Both the position numbers and the translations under genes were made by a program. A DNA stretch of 55,238 bases, filler included, from Sphacelaria rigidula (lineage: Eukaryota): NCBI GenBank assembly GCA_964200075.2. It is 5 parts of 5 records of this genome, joined end to end, with 100 filler letters (N's around TTAATTAATTAA, not from the genome) between each part and the next. Parts side by side here need not be neighbours in the genome. Positions count along the whole stretch, not along the records: positions 1 to 10,970 come from CAXNAA020005610.1; positions 11,071 to 22,038 come from CAXNAA020005611.1; 3 more parts are not named here. One strand, written 5' to 3'. Positions 1 through 12,299 of the stretch are shown piece after piece. The notes below the pieces were generated by a model, which saw only the letters and a program-made list of their open reading frames with translations, was not told where the DNA came from and did no database searches. Position 1 is the first letter of the stretch; the number at the start of each line of letters is the position of its first letter.

Positions 1-15
1 TTATAGAATTCATTT

Positions 16-48
<33 letters not shown>

Positions 49-261
49 TTGGCTACCGCAATACGCTTTCGCGTCCCGATGATATGAATCTTGCGTCAAA
101 ATTTCAGCGTCTAAAAACGGGCCGTGAAAAGTCGGTCACGCGCCAAAACACGCTTCAACCTGGCCCAGCTCGTTGTAAGGGAGTATTCATCAAAAGCTAC
201 AATAGCTTGCAGCACCAGTCAGTAGTCAGACGTGGACTTGTCTTGATTCTTTTTGAATATA

Positions 262-380
262 TGATTGACTGATTGAGTGATCGATCAATTGATTGATATT
301 CTCTCGAATTTTAGGCGACTCCCCAGAGATCCAGCCGTAGTCACATTCTGGACGTACCCGAGAGACGAAACAAAACTGAA
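262..380 (-). mobile_element. 3' end of a non-LTR retroposon (LINE/SINE) with a degenerate (ATCA)n tail
   Basis: On the minus strand the segment ends in an ATCA-like tail (plus strand attgactgattgagtgatcgatcaattgattga). The body (ccccag.g.tccagccgt.gtc...gacgtaccc...aaactg) recurs at 21945-22038. Confidence 0.5.
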
Positions 381-490
381 GCACTCACTGAAAGAAAAAA
401 GAAGAAAACGGGAAGGATATGACAGATCAACAGAGTAGACTTGAGAAAAAAAACAAACATACAGTAGAAAAAAAAAAATCTTGGTCAGTA

Positions 491-2847
491 GTATCCTCGT
501 TGGGGGACTTTTTCATGTATCGCCAAAAAGAACGGGTGATTATCGAGAACATCGACCAGTAACCTTGGCAAGAACCCGCTATTCGAGCGGGACAGAGGCA
601 CAGTATTTCTTGCAAGTCCGATCCCCTCGAATCTCGACCCCCGCCGGTTGCTTTTTGAGTCGAGACGTCGAAGTCCCTTCACGTAATAACATTGCTGGAT
701 TTTGAATCCCGTGGCAGGACAAAATAGTCAAGCTGCAACACGAGGAGGAGCTGGACTCCTTCGAGTCAGAAGTTTATGCCAGCATAGCGATGAAGCGCGC
801 GAACATTCCCGGCGTCGTTCACGTGGAGGGATACGTGACGGACTTCAATGGCGATAGCGCCATCATATTCGGAAACGGTGGAAGGTATACTCGTATGTGT
901 GGTTGGTGGTACTGCAGGGGTGTTCGACTGGCTCAAGTGTGCTCAAGTAACGCGCACCATCGCAGACGCGTGCATGGTCGCCACCGCTTACCCGATGGCA
1001 TGCCCGTCACGCCGTTGGGGTGAAAGGAACTCTTATACGAGTAAGGTGACACCGCAGACATAGAAGTGTGGGGAGCTCGTGCCAGCAACAGAGATACCTG
1101 TAGTGGGTGATGCACTCGTGAGATTGGATGTTAACCCACGCACCAGGAATTTGATTTTGATTTGCTTGCTGTGGAGTGGGATTAGCCCCGCCCGAGATAC
1201 CGACGGCGCTTGACAATGCAGTTTCGAATGCCAAAAAGATGTGTTCCTCAGGATCTTTTCACACCCATGTTGCCCCCCGCCCGCGCGCGCACGCGTCTGC
1301 TCTTCGGCACGTCAGCGACAAGTTCAGCCAGCACAAGGAGCGCGAGCTCAATGGCGATCTGTCGTCAGGAGATGTGATGGACATCCTGATGCAGGCAGGT
1401 TCCTGATTTTTCGGCATCTACATACTGTCCGGCTTTTTGTTCGCCGCCCGGGAGATTTATCGTCCCTTGCGGGCTGTTCAGTGTTGTGATCGTTCGCCGG
1501 AGAACATTGCTGTAGTATCGACATAAGTTTCCATGCCGCATGAGTACACCTCAGCCCTAGCTTGGAGGGATTTTCTGCCGACCGACGAAAAATGCGTTGG
1601 CGCCTACCCACCTGCCAGCCAACGCGCTTACTCGGCTGTTTGCCCATCACCCCCACCCCCCCTCCTTGCGCGGTAGGTCCTCAACACGCTCATGCATGTC
1701 CACGTCAGCACGGACATCACCCACGGCGATGTGGCAGAGCATAACATCGTCTACACGAAGGGCGCCACACCCGATGGCACCCCCAGGATACTGGCCACCC
1801 TCGTTGACTTCGGGAACGCGGCCTTCAAGGATGTGAGTCCACTTGGTGTCTCCGCCGAAGATCGCGAGTGCGGCCGGTTTTTGCTCGACGCAATTCCTTC
1901 GAGTGAAGTCAAAATCAATCGCAGAGAGGTCACGCTGTGTGTAGAACCAGTGCCTTAGCACGACACGGTAGCGGCTTCATTGCCTTCTTGTACAGAACAG
2001 AGTGCCAACCCACCATGTCCCCAATATCGCGCTTCCGCTGCACGGTACGCACGATGCGACGCATGTTTGCATGTCTGAGATGGCCGAGCAGTTCTCCATA
2101 TCGTGCCATCAAACCCTTGCCATGACCAACAACGTATTTATCACCGCGATCCCTGCCTCTGTTTGTCTTTGCATGATCTGTTGCTAGGACAACGGCACCT
2201 TCCCAATCTCCGAGCGGATCACGAAGGGCACAGTTGATCCGCTGGTGGTGAGTACGTACTGCATGAAGGGTGGTGTTTGCGGAGTGCAAAAAAGCGCCGT
2301 GTCTGATTGCATGCTCTAGTTAGGCCTTGTGCTAGGAATACTGCCAAAGGTGAAGCCGTTGTGCCGCATGTGTGTAATACAGAACTTTGATTCCCTCGCA
2401 GATTCCGCGCCAAGTTTTGAGTCAGGTCTCGTTTTTTGTTGGCGGCCTGCATGGCTCTGCTGGAGGGAACAGCTGTCAACACACAATTCCCACCATTCTG
2501 ATTTTGTACTCTTTTTGCGTTATACACATACCTCATGAGAAAGGAGGCCAACGTGCTTGCCATTTCTTTGTCGCGGTGTTGCAAGTGATGATGGATGGTC
2601 CCATGGGTTGCTTGCTTACGCCATTCGGTCCTATCTGCTTCTCCGTCGTGACCTGGGTAGTATATGATGAACACCGCGAGGAGGAGCGAGGCATTTTCGG
2701 GGGACCAGTTTGCCTCTTTCGGCAAAGATGGCTGGAAGACGGACGCGTACGCCGTGGGGGTGATGATCGCCGAGTTCAAAGGGTGGGAGATCCACCACTT
2801 GACCGGTTTCCAGAAGAGGCCGAGAGGCCTGAGCAGGACAGACAAGG
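491..2847 (+). CDS. Spliced atypical protein kinase, partial (subdomains ~I-IX)
   Basis: Phase-compatible exons ~491-615 (tentative), 718-884, 1316-1394 (GC donor), 1677-1832, 2188-2247 and 2661-2847. They read ...SSGTEAQYFLQ|DKIVKLQHEEELDSFESEVYASIAMKRANIPGVVHVEG...|VLNTLMHVHVSTDITHGDVAEHNIVY...LVDFGNAAFKD|...ITKGTVDPLV|...KTDAYAVGVMIAEF. This includes the subdomain II Lys, helix-C Glu, HxD..N loop, DFG, GT and subdomain IX D..a.G. Start and final exon are not resolved. Confidence 0.8.
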
Positions 2848-3324
2848 GTGAGTCGCGCACGCGTGCTCCGAACGTACCACGTCATTCGGTCTTCTTCGAG
2901 GGGTGGTCAGAAGGCTATCGGTACACCAAGCACTCTAAGTGGAGAAGTGTAGGCGTAGTTCATCAATGGATTCTCACATCTTTCAGTCGAAGATATTCGC
3001 TCCTGAGGAGCCTGCCTTCCAACGCAAACTATGGTGCTGCTTGTGTCCTGGATTTTCCAACGAAATATAAATGAGATTCACAAACGGACTTGGCCATCCC
3101 CTGCATCGATTTCTCGACATCAGTGAAGTAGCCGTTATTGTTTGGATATCGCGTTCACGTATTTCGCTTCTTTTTCACGGGCGACTCGCCATTCCCCATC
3201 GAAAGTGCGAGACTCGATAGGCACGAGTGAAGGAGCCAGGTCGTTCACGGGAAACATTTCTCGACGTTGTGTTGTCGAGTAACACGGAGTAAAATCCTCG
3301 TTCGGCGGGGGGGGGAGGGGGGGG

Positions 3325-3625
3325 GGGTACTCACGGTATTGCATGCCGTAGTCATACAACCGTTGACTCAGCATCCCTGTGAAGCCGGTGTGGAGCACGC
3401 CGGGTTTTCGTATAACCAGGCTCGCAATCAATTACCAAGCCCGAAGCGCTATGATGTGTTCGGCGAGTCGCAGTGAGAGTGACCGTTGCATCCTGCTGAG
3501 ATGGTTCGGCTTGAAGCATACTGATTATCTTGCATATGGATTACAGCCTCCAATGAGTTGCTTGATTTCTGGTATCGCTACTTCCAGAGACGGCCACCGG
3601 TTCCACGCTGTCTCACGAGTGTCTC
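3325..3625 (+). repeat. Interspersed repeat family copy (ggg.tactca...gcatccct...cacgccgggtttt...atgagttgcttgattt)
   Basis: Homologous to 27144-27800 (split by a SINE) and 33206-33275. Related 5' heads occur at ~22580-22650, ~32820-32895 and ~47745-47818. Confidence 0.7.
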
Positions 3626-4606
3626 ACCATTTACGTCCCCCGTAGTACGACCATCCCCCTTGCACGGAGTTGAGGTCCACCCCCCACACAAGATGATCTA
3701 GCTCGACTAGTATTATGGTTACCGCAAAAAAACGTGAGCGAGAAAATATCGGTAACCTGGTTGCCCAACTTGCGCAATGAGTGACGTATTTTCTAGCGTC
3801 ATTGCCAACCGACGCCAACCGCTGAAAGGGAGCCCGGTTCGGAGGGCGGAAACACTTACCGTATTTGGCTCGAAAATACGTTTGCTCGATCGTAGCACAA
3901 CGATTATCTAGGAATATAGAAGTGCACCGTAGGATTGTTCACTACAACGGTGGGAAGTGGTTCATCGAGCGAAGTATCGAAGAACCAGAGCCTTGGACTA
4001 TGTACTTGTACGGCCTCGGCGACCGGTTAGCCTATAAGTTGTTCAAAACTAAGCGTTGGAATATATTTGTTGGCGGAGAGTCGTATCGAGTGCTGATATC
4101 TCTCGATTCCTATTTTTGGAATTTACACGTGTACTGCGATGAGTCTTGGTAACCGGGACACCTCAAGGGATCGCTTTCAATCGAAAATATTTGCTTCACA
4201 TCTGGACTGCTGTGGTGCCCCGCTCCCAACATGCGCTCCTCGGCTGCCCGTTGCCCCACACACTCGGTCGCTTTGCTCCTTCGACAGATCTGTTCAGACT
4301 CGTTTCTCACCTTCTAGCGGAAAAGACGGCAGCGCGCTGGAGTGTAGCCGACGTGTCGCGCTGCGATTATTACCTGGTGCGTACTACCGTAACAATATAC
4401 TGCATGGAAGGTGCTGCTTGTTAGGTATCTATTCATGCCCGCTTTGCGCCGTGACCCACGGCAGGTTGTGCCGCTATACAACAAGCTGTCTGCAAGGCGT
4501 CTCACCATTTCGAGATTCTAAGCAGTGCGTGTGTATTCTATATCCGTGCTATGATATCGAAAATTCAGAGACCAACTAACTGCTTATCGCCCCCCGGCCA
4601 TGCTCT

Positions 4607-7600
4607 TTGTTTCCCGCGTCGCTTCACTCGGAGCAGGACTGGTGCCGACGCACGAAGAGCGGCGTCCGGAAGGTTACCCGGGAACTACCGCGTGAAGTTG
4701 GTGCAAACGCGGCAGCCGCAGCCTTCGGAGTGGCGGCGGCACCCGGCCCCGACCCACCCGCCACCGAGGGTGTAGCCGGCCCCGAAGCGCCAGGGGCACT
4801 CAGTCGAACGGTGTTGAGAGTGGGTTTCCGTGGTGGTGGAGAGAACAGTGGCGGGAGCAGACTCAATGACAGGGAAGAGCGTGCCACAGCGCAGGATATG
4901 GGCACGGCCGCACCGACAGGAGGGGAGGCGGTGCGTAGGAATCTCTCACGTGCCGCGCCAAAGGAGCAGAGTGCCGCCGCAGCACCCGCAACATCAGCGG
5001 TCCAGTCGAAGAGGGGGGGGCGCCGTGCGGATGGAGAAGGAGGCGAAGAAGGCCGAAGGACGAAGCGCCGTCGAGGATCGCCAGAAGAAAGGGCAGCAGC
5101 GGCGGCTGCGGCGACCATAACATCGGCGGAAGACTTCCGAGCAGAGAACAGCGGCGGGCGCCTAAGCCCACAGCACGTTACCCGTGTGACCCGTTCAGTG
5201 ATGAGGATGCGCCAAGCTCAGGAATTGGGCGGAGAAGGAGGAGTGGCGGCGGCGGCGGCGACCCCCACATCGCCGGAAGACCTTCGAGCAGGGAACAGCG
5301 GTGGGCGCCAAATGCCAATGCGCGTTACTCGTGTGACCCGTTCGGTGACGAGGATGCGCCAAGCTCAGAGACCGAGCGAAGGAGGAGGAGCGGCGGAAGG
5401 AGGAAGAGGAGCGGCAGCAGCGGCGGCAGGGGCGGCAGTGGCAAGCCCCGTGATGCCGGAGAGCTTGGGAGCTGTACCACCGGCACAGGAAACGGTGCGG
5501 GGGTGGATTTGTACAAGAGCATGTTTGGAGCATAGAGACCGTGATACAATGTGCCCTGTCACTCACGCATTGGCGAGCTCTTGCTGTCTTTCTTTTTACC
5601 TTCATATCGATCGTCTAAGGGGGATTCCACCGTGTACTTCCTTCCTTTAGCAACTTCGTCGTTCTTGCTGATCAAATCGTGCAGCTCGTTCTAGTGAGTG
5701 ACTGCCGCTTCACGCGACCCCGTAACTTTCACCGTACTGTTGAGTTTGTTACATCATCTCCTCCAACTTACCGTTCCGCGTGCTTAGCTGGCAGCCTATT
5801 TCAGTTCTAAGGTGGCTCGTAAATCGCCCAGCACAATGCTCGTTTCCTCTCGTCCCTCGTCCCTGGCCCACCGCACCCCCGTTTCTGATCCAAGCCGTTC
5901 CAGTACGTATTGGGTACTTCGAACCCCGATACAGAGTTTTGCACCAAGCCGGTTGCCTCCTCGACTTTGTTGATTTGAGAGCGGAAAGGTCTTCCTCCTT
6001 GTATGCTCCCACAGTGGGGCAGTCACTGGTTAAATGTAACGTTGAGAAGCGGGCACAAAGAGGACGACGAGGTCTGGAAGCGGGAATTATAGCAGGGCAG
6101 ATGCGGGCGAGAGCTTACGGCGCAACCACACTTTGTACCGGATTTGTCAACCCAGTTTCGAGTACATACGATGTCCGCCATCGAGACATGAGCAGTTGGT
6201 ATGTACACATCTCATCCGCCGGTTGCTTTTGCCCGCTGCGCACGTGGTCGTCCACCAACAATCGGAAGGAGGAAAGTGTTGCTGTACAAACGGGATCGGT
6301 AAACGGCAGCGGGCGAGATGACTATTGAACTCTACCACTTTCGGTAGTTTTGCCTCTTCATTGCGCGGCACCTTCTTGATGCCCCCTCCCCCCCTCTCCC
6401 GTCCCCCCTCGCCTGCCATCCGTCGGCCGTTCTCAGGGGACAAGGAGTCGGTTGCGGGTAGAGACGCGGGCGCGGAAGCGATTGAAGATTGGTTGAGGAC
6501 GCAGCCGCCCACATCGCCGGCGACGTGAGTGTCCTGTTTGATTGCATTGACCTCATATACCGGTCTTCGATAGCACTTGGTTTTGAGGGCGGGGTTTTGT
6601 TGCTGCCGTGGTGTGGGGTAGGCATCTGTAACCCCTCCAAGAGGCGCTTGGGCATGACTTAATACGAATAAGTTCAACCCAAAATTCTGAAGATAGTCTT
6701 TGTTGTGGTTGGAACATTTCTATCGATAGAGTCGGGTCATACATTACAAGTTGTATGCGTGATGCTGCTCTTGTAAAACTACAGCTGAACAAGACACGGC
6801 GAGCCATCTAGGTATTGAACAACGGACTCAATTTCGATGGAGAACGACCCTGGCCAATCCAATCGAAAACCCTCGCGTATGCTCCCCCCCACCCCCCTCC
6901 CTCCAGTATGAAAACCGACATGTGATGAATGCAAGTCGTGTGGATAGCCACCGTGTACATGTGCTTGAATTTTGAAGTCACGATTTGCAGTGCATGGGGG
7001 AAAAGACTGTCTCTTGAACGGTTGTCTTGGAAACAGTGTAGACTGCAGATATTTTAGTCTATAATAGGATGGAAATCTCGTTGAATGCTTCATGTTTTCT
7101 GTCATCCGAAAACCGGGCTGGGCTTGTTCGAAAGCTGTGGTCAGAGGCTCCTAGAAAGTTCGAAAGTGTCCCCTGCTGGGGTCAGGGCATTTTTCGAGAT
7201 AGGGGAAAAATGGACTCTTCAGGCTTGTCCTCGTTTGAAATTAGGCGATTTTTTCAAGGTCCCTCAACTCCGGCAGGAAACGTGTTTGAATTTTCTGATA
7301 AGACTCTGACCCCAACTTTCCAAGAACGCCACCCACGATATTTGAGGTGACAAGAAAAGTGAGATAATATCCAAGCCGCTCTGTACAGGGATTTTTGTGG
7401 GTGATTCCACAATATCACATCTGCACACTACCCTCATTGATGTGTGACTACCCCCGCCTCCACGACCGGAGATGTAATCGTTCCATCCCCTCCGCAAACA
7501 CGCTCAGCCATTTCCGCGTGTCGTTTCGGCTAGTCACATGCGCGTGACGATTATCCTTGACAACGTGAAAAACATCACCGCAACGTACGCACAGCAAGCA

Positions 7601-7660
7601 CCCTTTTGGTGTATAAAGTTCGTACCGTCCCTACACGTCGCGATCGGCGGAAGTGGAGGG
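4607..7660 (+). CDS. Exons of an uncharacterised Ala/Gly/Arg-rich protein, partial model
   Basis: A GC-rich open frame ~4607-5494 ends at a GTGCGG donor and contains a 147-nt (49-aa) tandem duplication. Exon 6437-6524 (CAG|...|GTGAGT) joins in phase 2 to an exon starting at 7534 (TAG|T CAC ATG). The intermediate exon(s) are unresolved and no domain was recognised. Confidence 0.4.
7095..7358. mobile_element. Imperfect fold-back MITE-like element in a predicted intron
   Basis: ttttctgtcatccgaaaac...gaaagctgtggtcagagg...agaaagttcgaa resembles the reverse complement of the right end (ttttcttgtcacctcaaat...gaaagttggggtcagagt...agaaaattcaaa). Confidence 0.55.
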
Positions 7661-7979
7661 GGGGTGTTATTCGCCGTGTTTTCCCATCCGCGCGTAGAGT
7701 CCGATACCACTGAGCACTTGACAAATATTGCTATAGCAGAACGTCTACCCCATGCCCGATTGGTTGGCGCCACCCCCCCTCCTCCCCGCCTGGGCGAATG
7801 AAGTCGTCCGCCGGTGGTCAGGGCAGGGCACCGAACCCCGGGTACTGGACCTTATTTCTCCAGGGTACATGCAGCACCGAGTACTCCACAATACCCGGAG
7901 CATCAACCATCGGAAGAACCGAGTGTTCCAGATAACCTGGGGTGCCGACTGTCCGAAGTATCGAGCATTCCGGAATACA

Positions 7980-8035
7980 TTACATCACAACGCCGTACGG
8001 CTGGAATTTACATCACAACGCCGTACGGCTGGAAT
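7980..8035. repeat. Perfect 28-bp tandem duplication
   Basis: ttacatcacaacgccgtacggctggaat occurs twice, within a degenerate gagta/gtacc-rich repeat (~7830-8400). Confidence 0.9.
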
Positions 8036-9090
8036 GATTTGAAGCACAACATAAAATCGTGCTCAAAGCTCGCCAGCACTGCCTAGAGCGTAGTAAAGTA
8101 CCGAGATTACTTGTACCCGAAGGGGGTCGAAGATCCTGCGGCTTGCACGTCTCGCAGCAGTACCCTGAGCTTCCAGAGTATGTGCAGTACCGAGTGCCCC
8201 ATGATAGCCATGTTGTCGACTGCAGAAAAACCTGAGTATTGCGGAGTGCCTGAGGTGTCGGCTGTCAGAAGTACCCCATATTACGGGGTGCCTGGGGTAT
8301 CGAATGTCCAAGCTACCGGGTAGCCCAGGGCATCTGGAGTGTCAGTCGCCGACTTCACAAGGTACCTTGGGGTTACCTTTTATATCGAATACCGCACGTA
8401 CAAATTATTCCAGCATACCTGTGGTATCGGCACCGACACCCCAAAATACCTTACTCTGTATGTTATCCCATCTTCAATCGCCGTTTTAAGATCGCTTCAT
8501 TCTGTCTTGGAGCAATCTCACGGGGGAGTATTATTCATCGTATGATCAGGGTGCAGGCGGAATATGATGCCCTGAATAGGTAGGAACAGTTACTTGAATG
8601 TCTGCACCATGCCTTGTATACTTCTGACGCGGCTACAGACATCACCGTTCGTTTGCAGTGAGCTGAAACGGCAAATACCACCCCCGGTAAATACAAGCTG
8701 CGGGGGAGGCGATTTCCTCGTTCGTGGACGCACCATGTGGGCACACCCTCCGAAGAAAGCTCTATCAGTGTATTCTGTATTCTCATGCATGTCATTCATG
8801 GACTTCTCGGCTGTTACGGCAGTGATGTGCTGGATGCATCGCACCAGTCGAAATGAAGTGATCGCATCAGTCCGAAGTATGATCGTGTTCGGGTAAATTG
8901 GTCGGGACTCGTCGACCGAACTGTTGTATGGCGTAAATGCGGCGTTTGCACCGCAGAGTTCGACTCGAGTTTCATGAACGGTATGTCTATCCCCTCTGTT
9001 TATATGGCGTAGATGTGATTTTCGGGGCGCAAGTTTTGAGAATCTACCTGTAGTGGAGCGCCGCGTCCAGGTTGTCTGAGTGGTACAATC

Positions 9091-9491
9091 TAGTGCTGGA
9101 TGTCGCATAGAAAGCTTCGATGTATCGTATCGAAATATCGTTGTCGTTATCGTATCGAAAACATTTCGATAGAACGATGCAGCGTTCGGTGTGATTTTTG
9201 GGTTTTGTCTAATCCGGACATGTGTTCTCCTTGGCGAGGAGACCTTGACTAGGCCACTTTCGATGGAAAATAAAGCCATACATCCCAATTTTCTTGCCTG
9301 CGGCGCCTCCTCCCGCGGGGTCGCCTCACGAGTCGGGGGGGAGGAGGGGGCATTAGGGACTCGCAGAGCGAGCGGACTCGCTGCGCTGGCCGCGGTTCGG
9401 CTTCGCCGAAGTTTATCGAGAATTATCGTTATCGAAGGCTTAAAAAGTCGATGTCGTATCGAAGTGCTAAATGGTTCGATATCCAACACTA
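9091..9491. mobile_element. hAT-type MITE (401 bp)
   Basis: TIRs are TAGTGCTGGATGTCG and (rc) TAGTGTTGGATATCG. The 8-bp flanks gtacaatc/gtacactc match 7/8 (TSD). ATCG(A/T) subterminal repeats are dense at both ends. Confidence 0.85.
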
Positions 9492-9859
9492 GTACACTCG
9501 CACCCTATTTAGGTCAGCAAAATGCGAATTTGATTTCCGCCAAAGTTGATTTTTTTCTTGTGACGAATTTCATTATTGAAAACGTTGGGGCGTGAGTAGT
9601 GAAGAGGGTTGTTCACTTGACGAGAGTCGATGCAGTGCGGGAGTAGTGCGGGTCATGATTCAACCCGCGATACCAAATACAAGACGTGTTCCGGGGGAGG
9701 GATGGATTGATTCTTTGAGACAACGAGACAACGAGCTTGTTCCGAGGGAGGGGGGGGGGGGGGGGGAAGGTATGACGGGAAAGTAAGACGAGTTTGATAA
9801 ATCAGGTGTATACGTTGTAATCTTCCAGCCAATGATTGAATGACTGCTTGATTGGTTAT

Positions 9860-10393
9860 CGCCCGTGTCGCCATGTCAACATACCCAAGAAAACATGAAC
9901 GATAACATCCGCCAAAGACGAGTTTGAAGGTAAGAGGAGAACTTAGCATGGCATCGAGAGCGAAGGGCGGAGAAGCGAACATTGTACTCTAGACTCACAC
10001 TCGCCATAACCAAGATGAAAACACCAGGCTAAGATCTCGCACCGGTCCCCAGAAACACCCCGATAGGCTCCGACAAAAATTCCAGGTGACGATGCTGTAC
10101 CTACCGCGAGACCTCACGAGCAGGTTGCGCCTCAAGTCTCTGGGGACCGAGCCACTTGAACAAAAGCTTTCAGTCGTCACCTCTGCCGTAATGAGACATG
10201 AATGGTGCTCCGTCTCAGCGACTGACTGCGTTAACTATTTTGATTTTCTCCTTGGTCTGTCTATCTGAGTCAAGTTTTCTTGGTCTGACACGTGCATCGT
10301 ATCCCGTGCTCTGTCTCGACCCTACCTTTGCCGTCGCCCTCGTTTCCCCTACGTTGGTGCTCGTATTGAGTGCAGAGTGAAGAGCCTTTGACA
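9860..10393 (-). mobile_element. Possible LTR (520 bp, 9874-10393) with an adjacent primer-binding-site-like TGGCGAC
   Basis: The segment has inverted ends TGTCAA...TTGACA. On the minus strand TGGCGACACGGG follows the end directly. No TSD, second LTR or gag/pol was seen. Confidence 0.35.
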
Positions 10394-10692
10394 ACTACTG
10401 ACGGCTAGTGGACACTTGTTCACGGGTGCAACGATGCTGTACTTCGTTAGGAGGGACGCGTGCTTATGATCATATGTGCCCCCCTAGCTCGTCTTTCACA
10501 GCAGACCAGCTTAATACACAGCACAAGGGAAAATATAGTGAAGGATGGAATTCTAGTGGCGCCACTGCTCGTTCTAGGGACGGCAGATCGACGATAGTCT
10601 TGGTGTCTCCAGGGCAGCTGGGGTCGCAGCTGCGAGGACTCAAGGGGTGATGTGACTGATTGGGCCCGTGTTTGTCTCAGGCGGCGATACGA

Positions 10693-10970
10693 GCGGCGTG
10701 ACGGGCGCGTAGACGCGAGACATATTCCGGGTGAGAACCCACCAAACCGAAAAAACAGAAAACAACAACACTCGAACAAAAAAGGCACGGCGGGGGGGAG
10801 GGAGAACGGGTACGGCGACGAGCTAGGGGGCGACTACTTGTTGGACGATTGCTTCTGTCGTCTTTTGACATTGTGTAGCTGCTGGTCTCGACCGCGCGCG
10901 ACCGTGCTGTGGATGCGTGGGAGCAGTCGGCGGCGTGATGGGCGCGCCGACGCGAGACATATTCCGGGTG
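10693..10970. repeat. Direct repeat with ~238-bp period running into the contig end
   Basis: cggcgtga(c/t)gggcgcg..gacgcgagacatattccgggtg occurs at ~10693-10732 and ~10931-10970. Confidence 0.7.
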
Positions 10971-11070
10971 NNNNNNNNNNNNNNNNNNNNNNNNNNNNNN
11001 NNNNNNNNNNNNNNTTAATTAATTAANNNNNNNNNNNNNNNNNNNNNNNNNNNNNNNNNNNNNNNNNNNN
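10971..11070. other. Artificial contig linker
   Basis: 44 N + TTAATTAATTAA (stops in all six frames) + 44 N. Confidence 0.98.
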
Positions 11071-11472
11071 GGGATGGATCTTTTATTGGGGATGAGAAAC
11101 CCGGAGAATTAAAATCTTCGTATCCACACCAAATCTTCGAAATATGATTCCACTTTTTCACCTACTGACGGCTATTGACAACTGCTACATGTCATACAAA
11201 TTTGGATCTCTAACCCCGAAATGTTGGGGGCCTAGGTGAAAAACCAATTTCGGAACCATTTTGGCGTCCGTTCGGACACCCGAAATTCCTCAAAATTGGT
11301 TTTTCACCGAGGACCCCAACATTTTGGTGTTCGAAATCCAGATTTCTATGGCGTGCAACAGTTGTCAGTAGCCATCAGTAGGTGAAGAAATCGAACCATA
11401 TTTCGAAGATTTGGTGTAGATACGAAGATTGTATTTCTCCGGGTTTCTCATCCCCAATAAAAGATCCATCCC
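11071..11472. mobile_element. ~400-bp fold-back (long imperfect palindrome) element
   Basis: gggatggatcttttattggggatgagaaacccggagaa... is mirrored by ...ttctccgggtttctcatccccaataaaagatccatccc. The arms pair up to a centre near 11270 (gtccgttcggac). A partial arm copy lies at ~17030-17105. Confidence 0.9.
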
Positions 11473-12299
11473 CAATTTATAAGATCCCGTGTTTATTCAT
11501 CCCACCTGGTGTCTTTTTATTGCGCATGTATTGTACAGCCTGTGAAGTGCAATATTCGGGTGTGACCAGCGCCGAGTGCGGGAAAAAACAGAATGTACAG
11601 TACAGTACTCGACTACATGACGGTCTTGCACGATGAGCGACATGCGGCCGTGGGTCATGTGTGATCCTCCGCGTTAGTATCGATGGCATGTTGGGATCCT
11701 GCACTCGGGTTCGGACGACCCCCTACGTGGAGCGAGATTATCCGACTCAAAAGCGACACAGATTTCGAGTTGTGACCTTGGACAATACATCAGTACGACG
11801 ATCACATGCAGGATCATGACATTAGATGGCGGGGCAACCAAAACCCCGTTATCGTTGGACAGTACAGCACGATAACCGCACGATTGAAGACATGTGTAAT
11901 AAAAGTAATTGACGTACGATCCTACACGCATCCACTCCCCCGCGCATTCGCTGGCCGTAGATGTGGAAGATCCCCAAGACTCACAGTTGGGGTGCAACGT
12001 CGGGAGCACTTTTGAGACGCCGGCCGGGGCAGACCGAACGTGAGATACGGCACCGCAATCGGTCTCGAGGTAAGAGCACCCCGATACCCCTCGTGCATTA
12101 TTACCGTGCGAAATAGAGGTGCTGAAGACCCACCTCATCTGACTGCTTTCCTCTCGTTCCCGCTGATGACTGTGATATTTGAACTAAATTGACGATATCA
12201 TCATTTCACACGAACCCGTGTCTTTCGCAATCTAAAAACAAATAAGACTGCACGACTGATACGTTGCGTCAATCTATCATGTTCCCGTCTATTCCGGGC

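Noticed and set aside
18-45. Poly-T run as the poly-A tail of a retrocopy
   Set aside because: It is at the contig edge, with no TSD or recognisable body to support the call.
8590-9489. 299-aa minus-strand ORF
   Set aside because: Its first ~130 codons lie inside the hAT MITE (9091-9491), and the rest shows no recognisable motif. At best it is a frameshifted relic.
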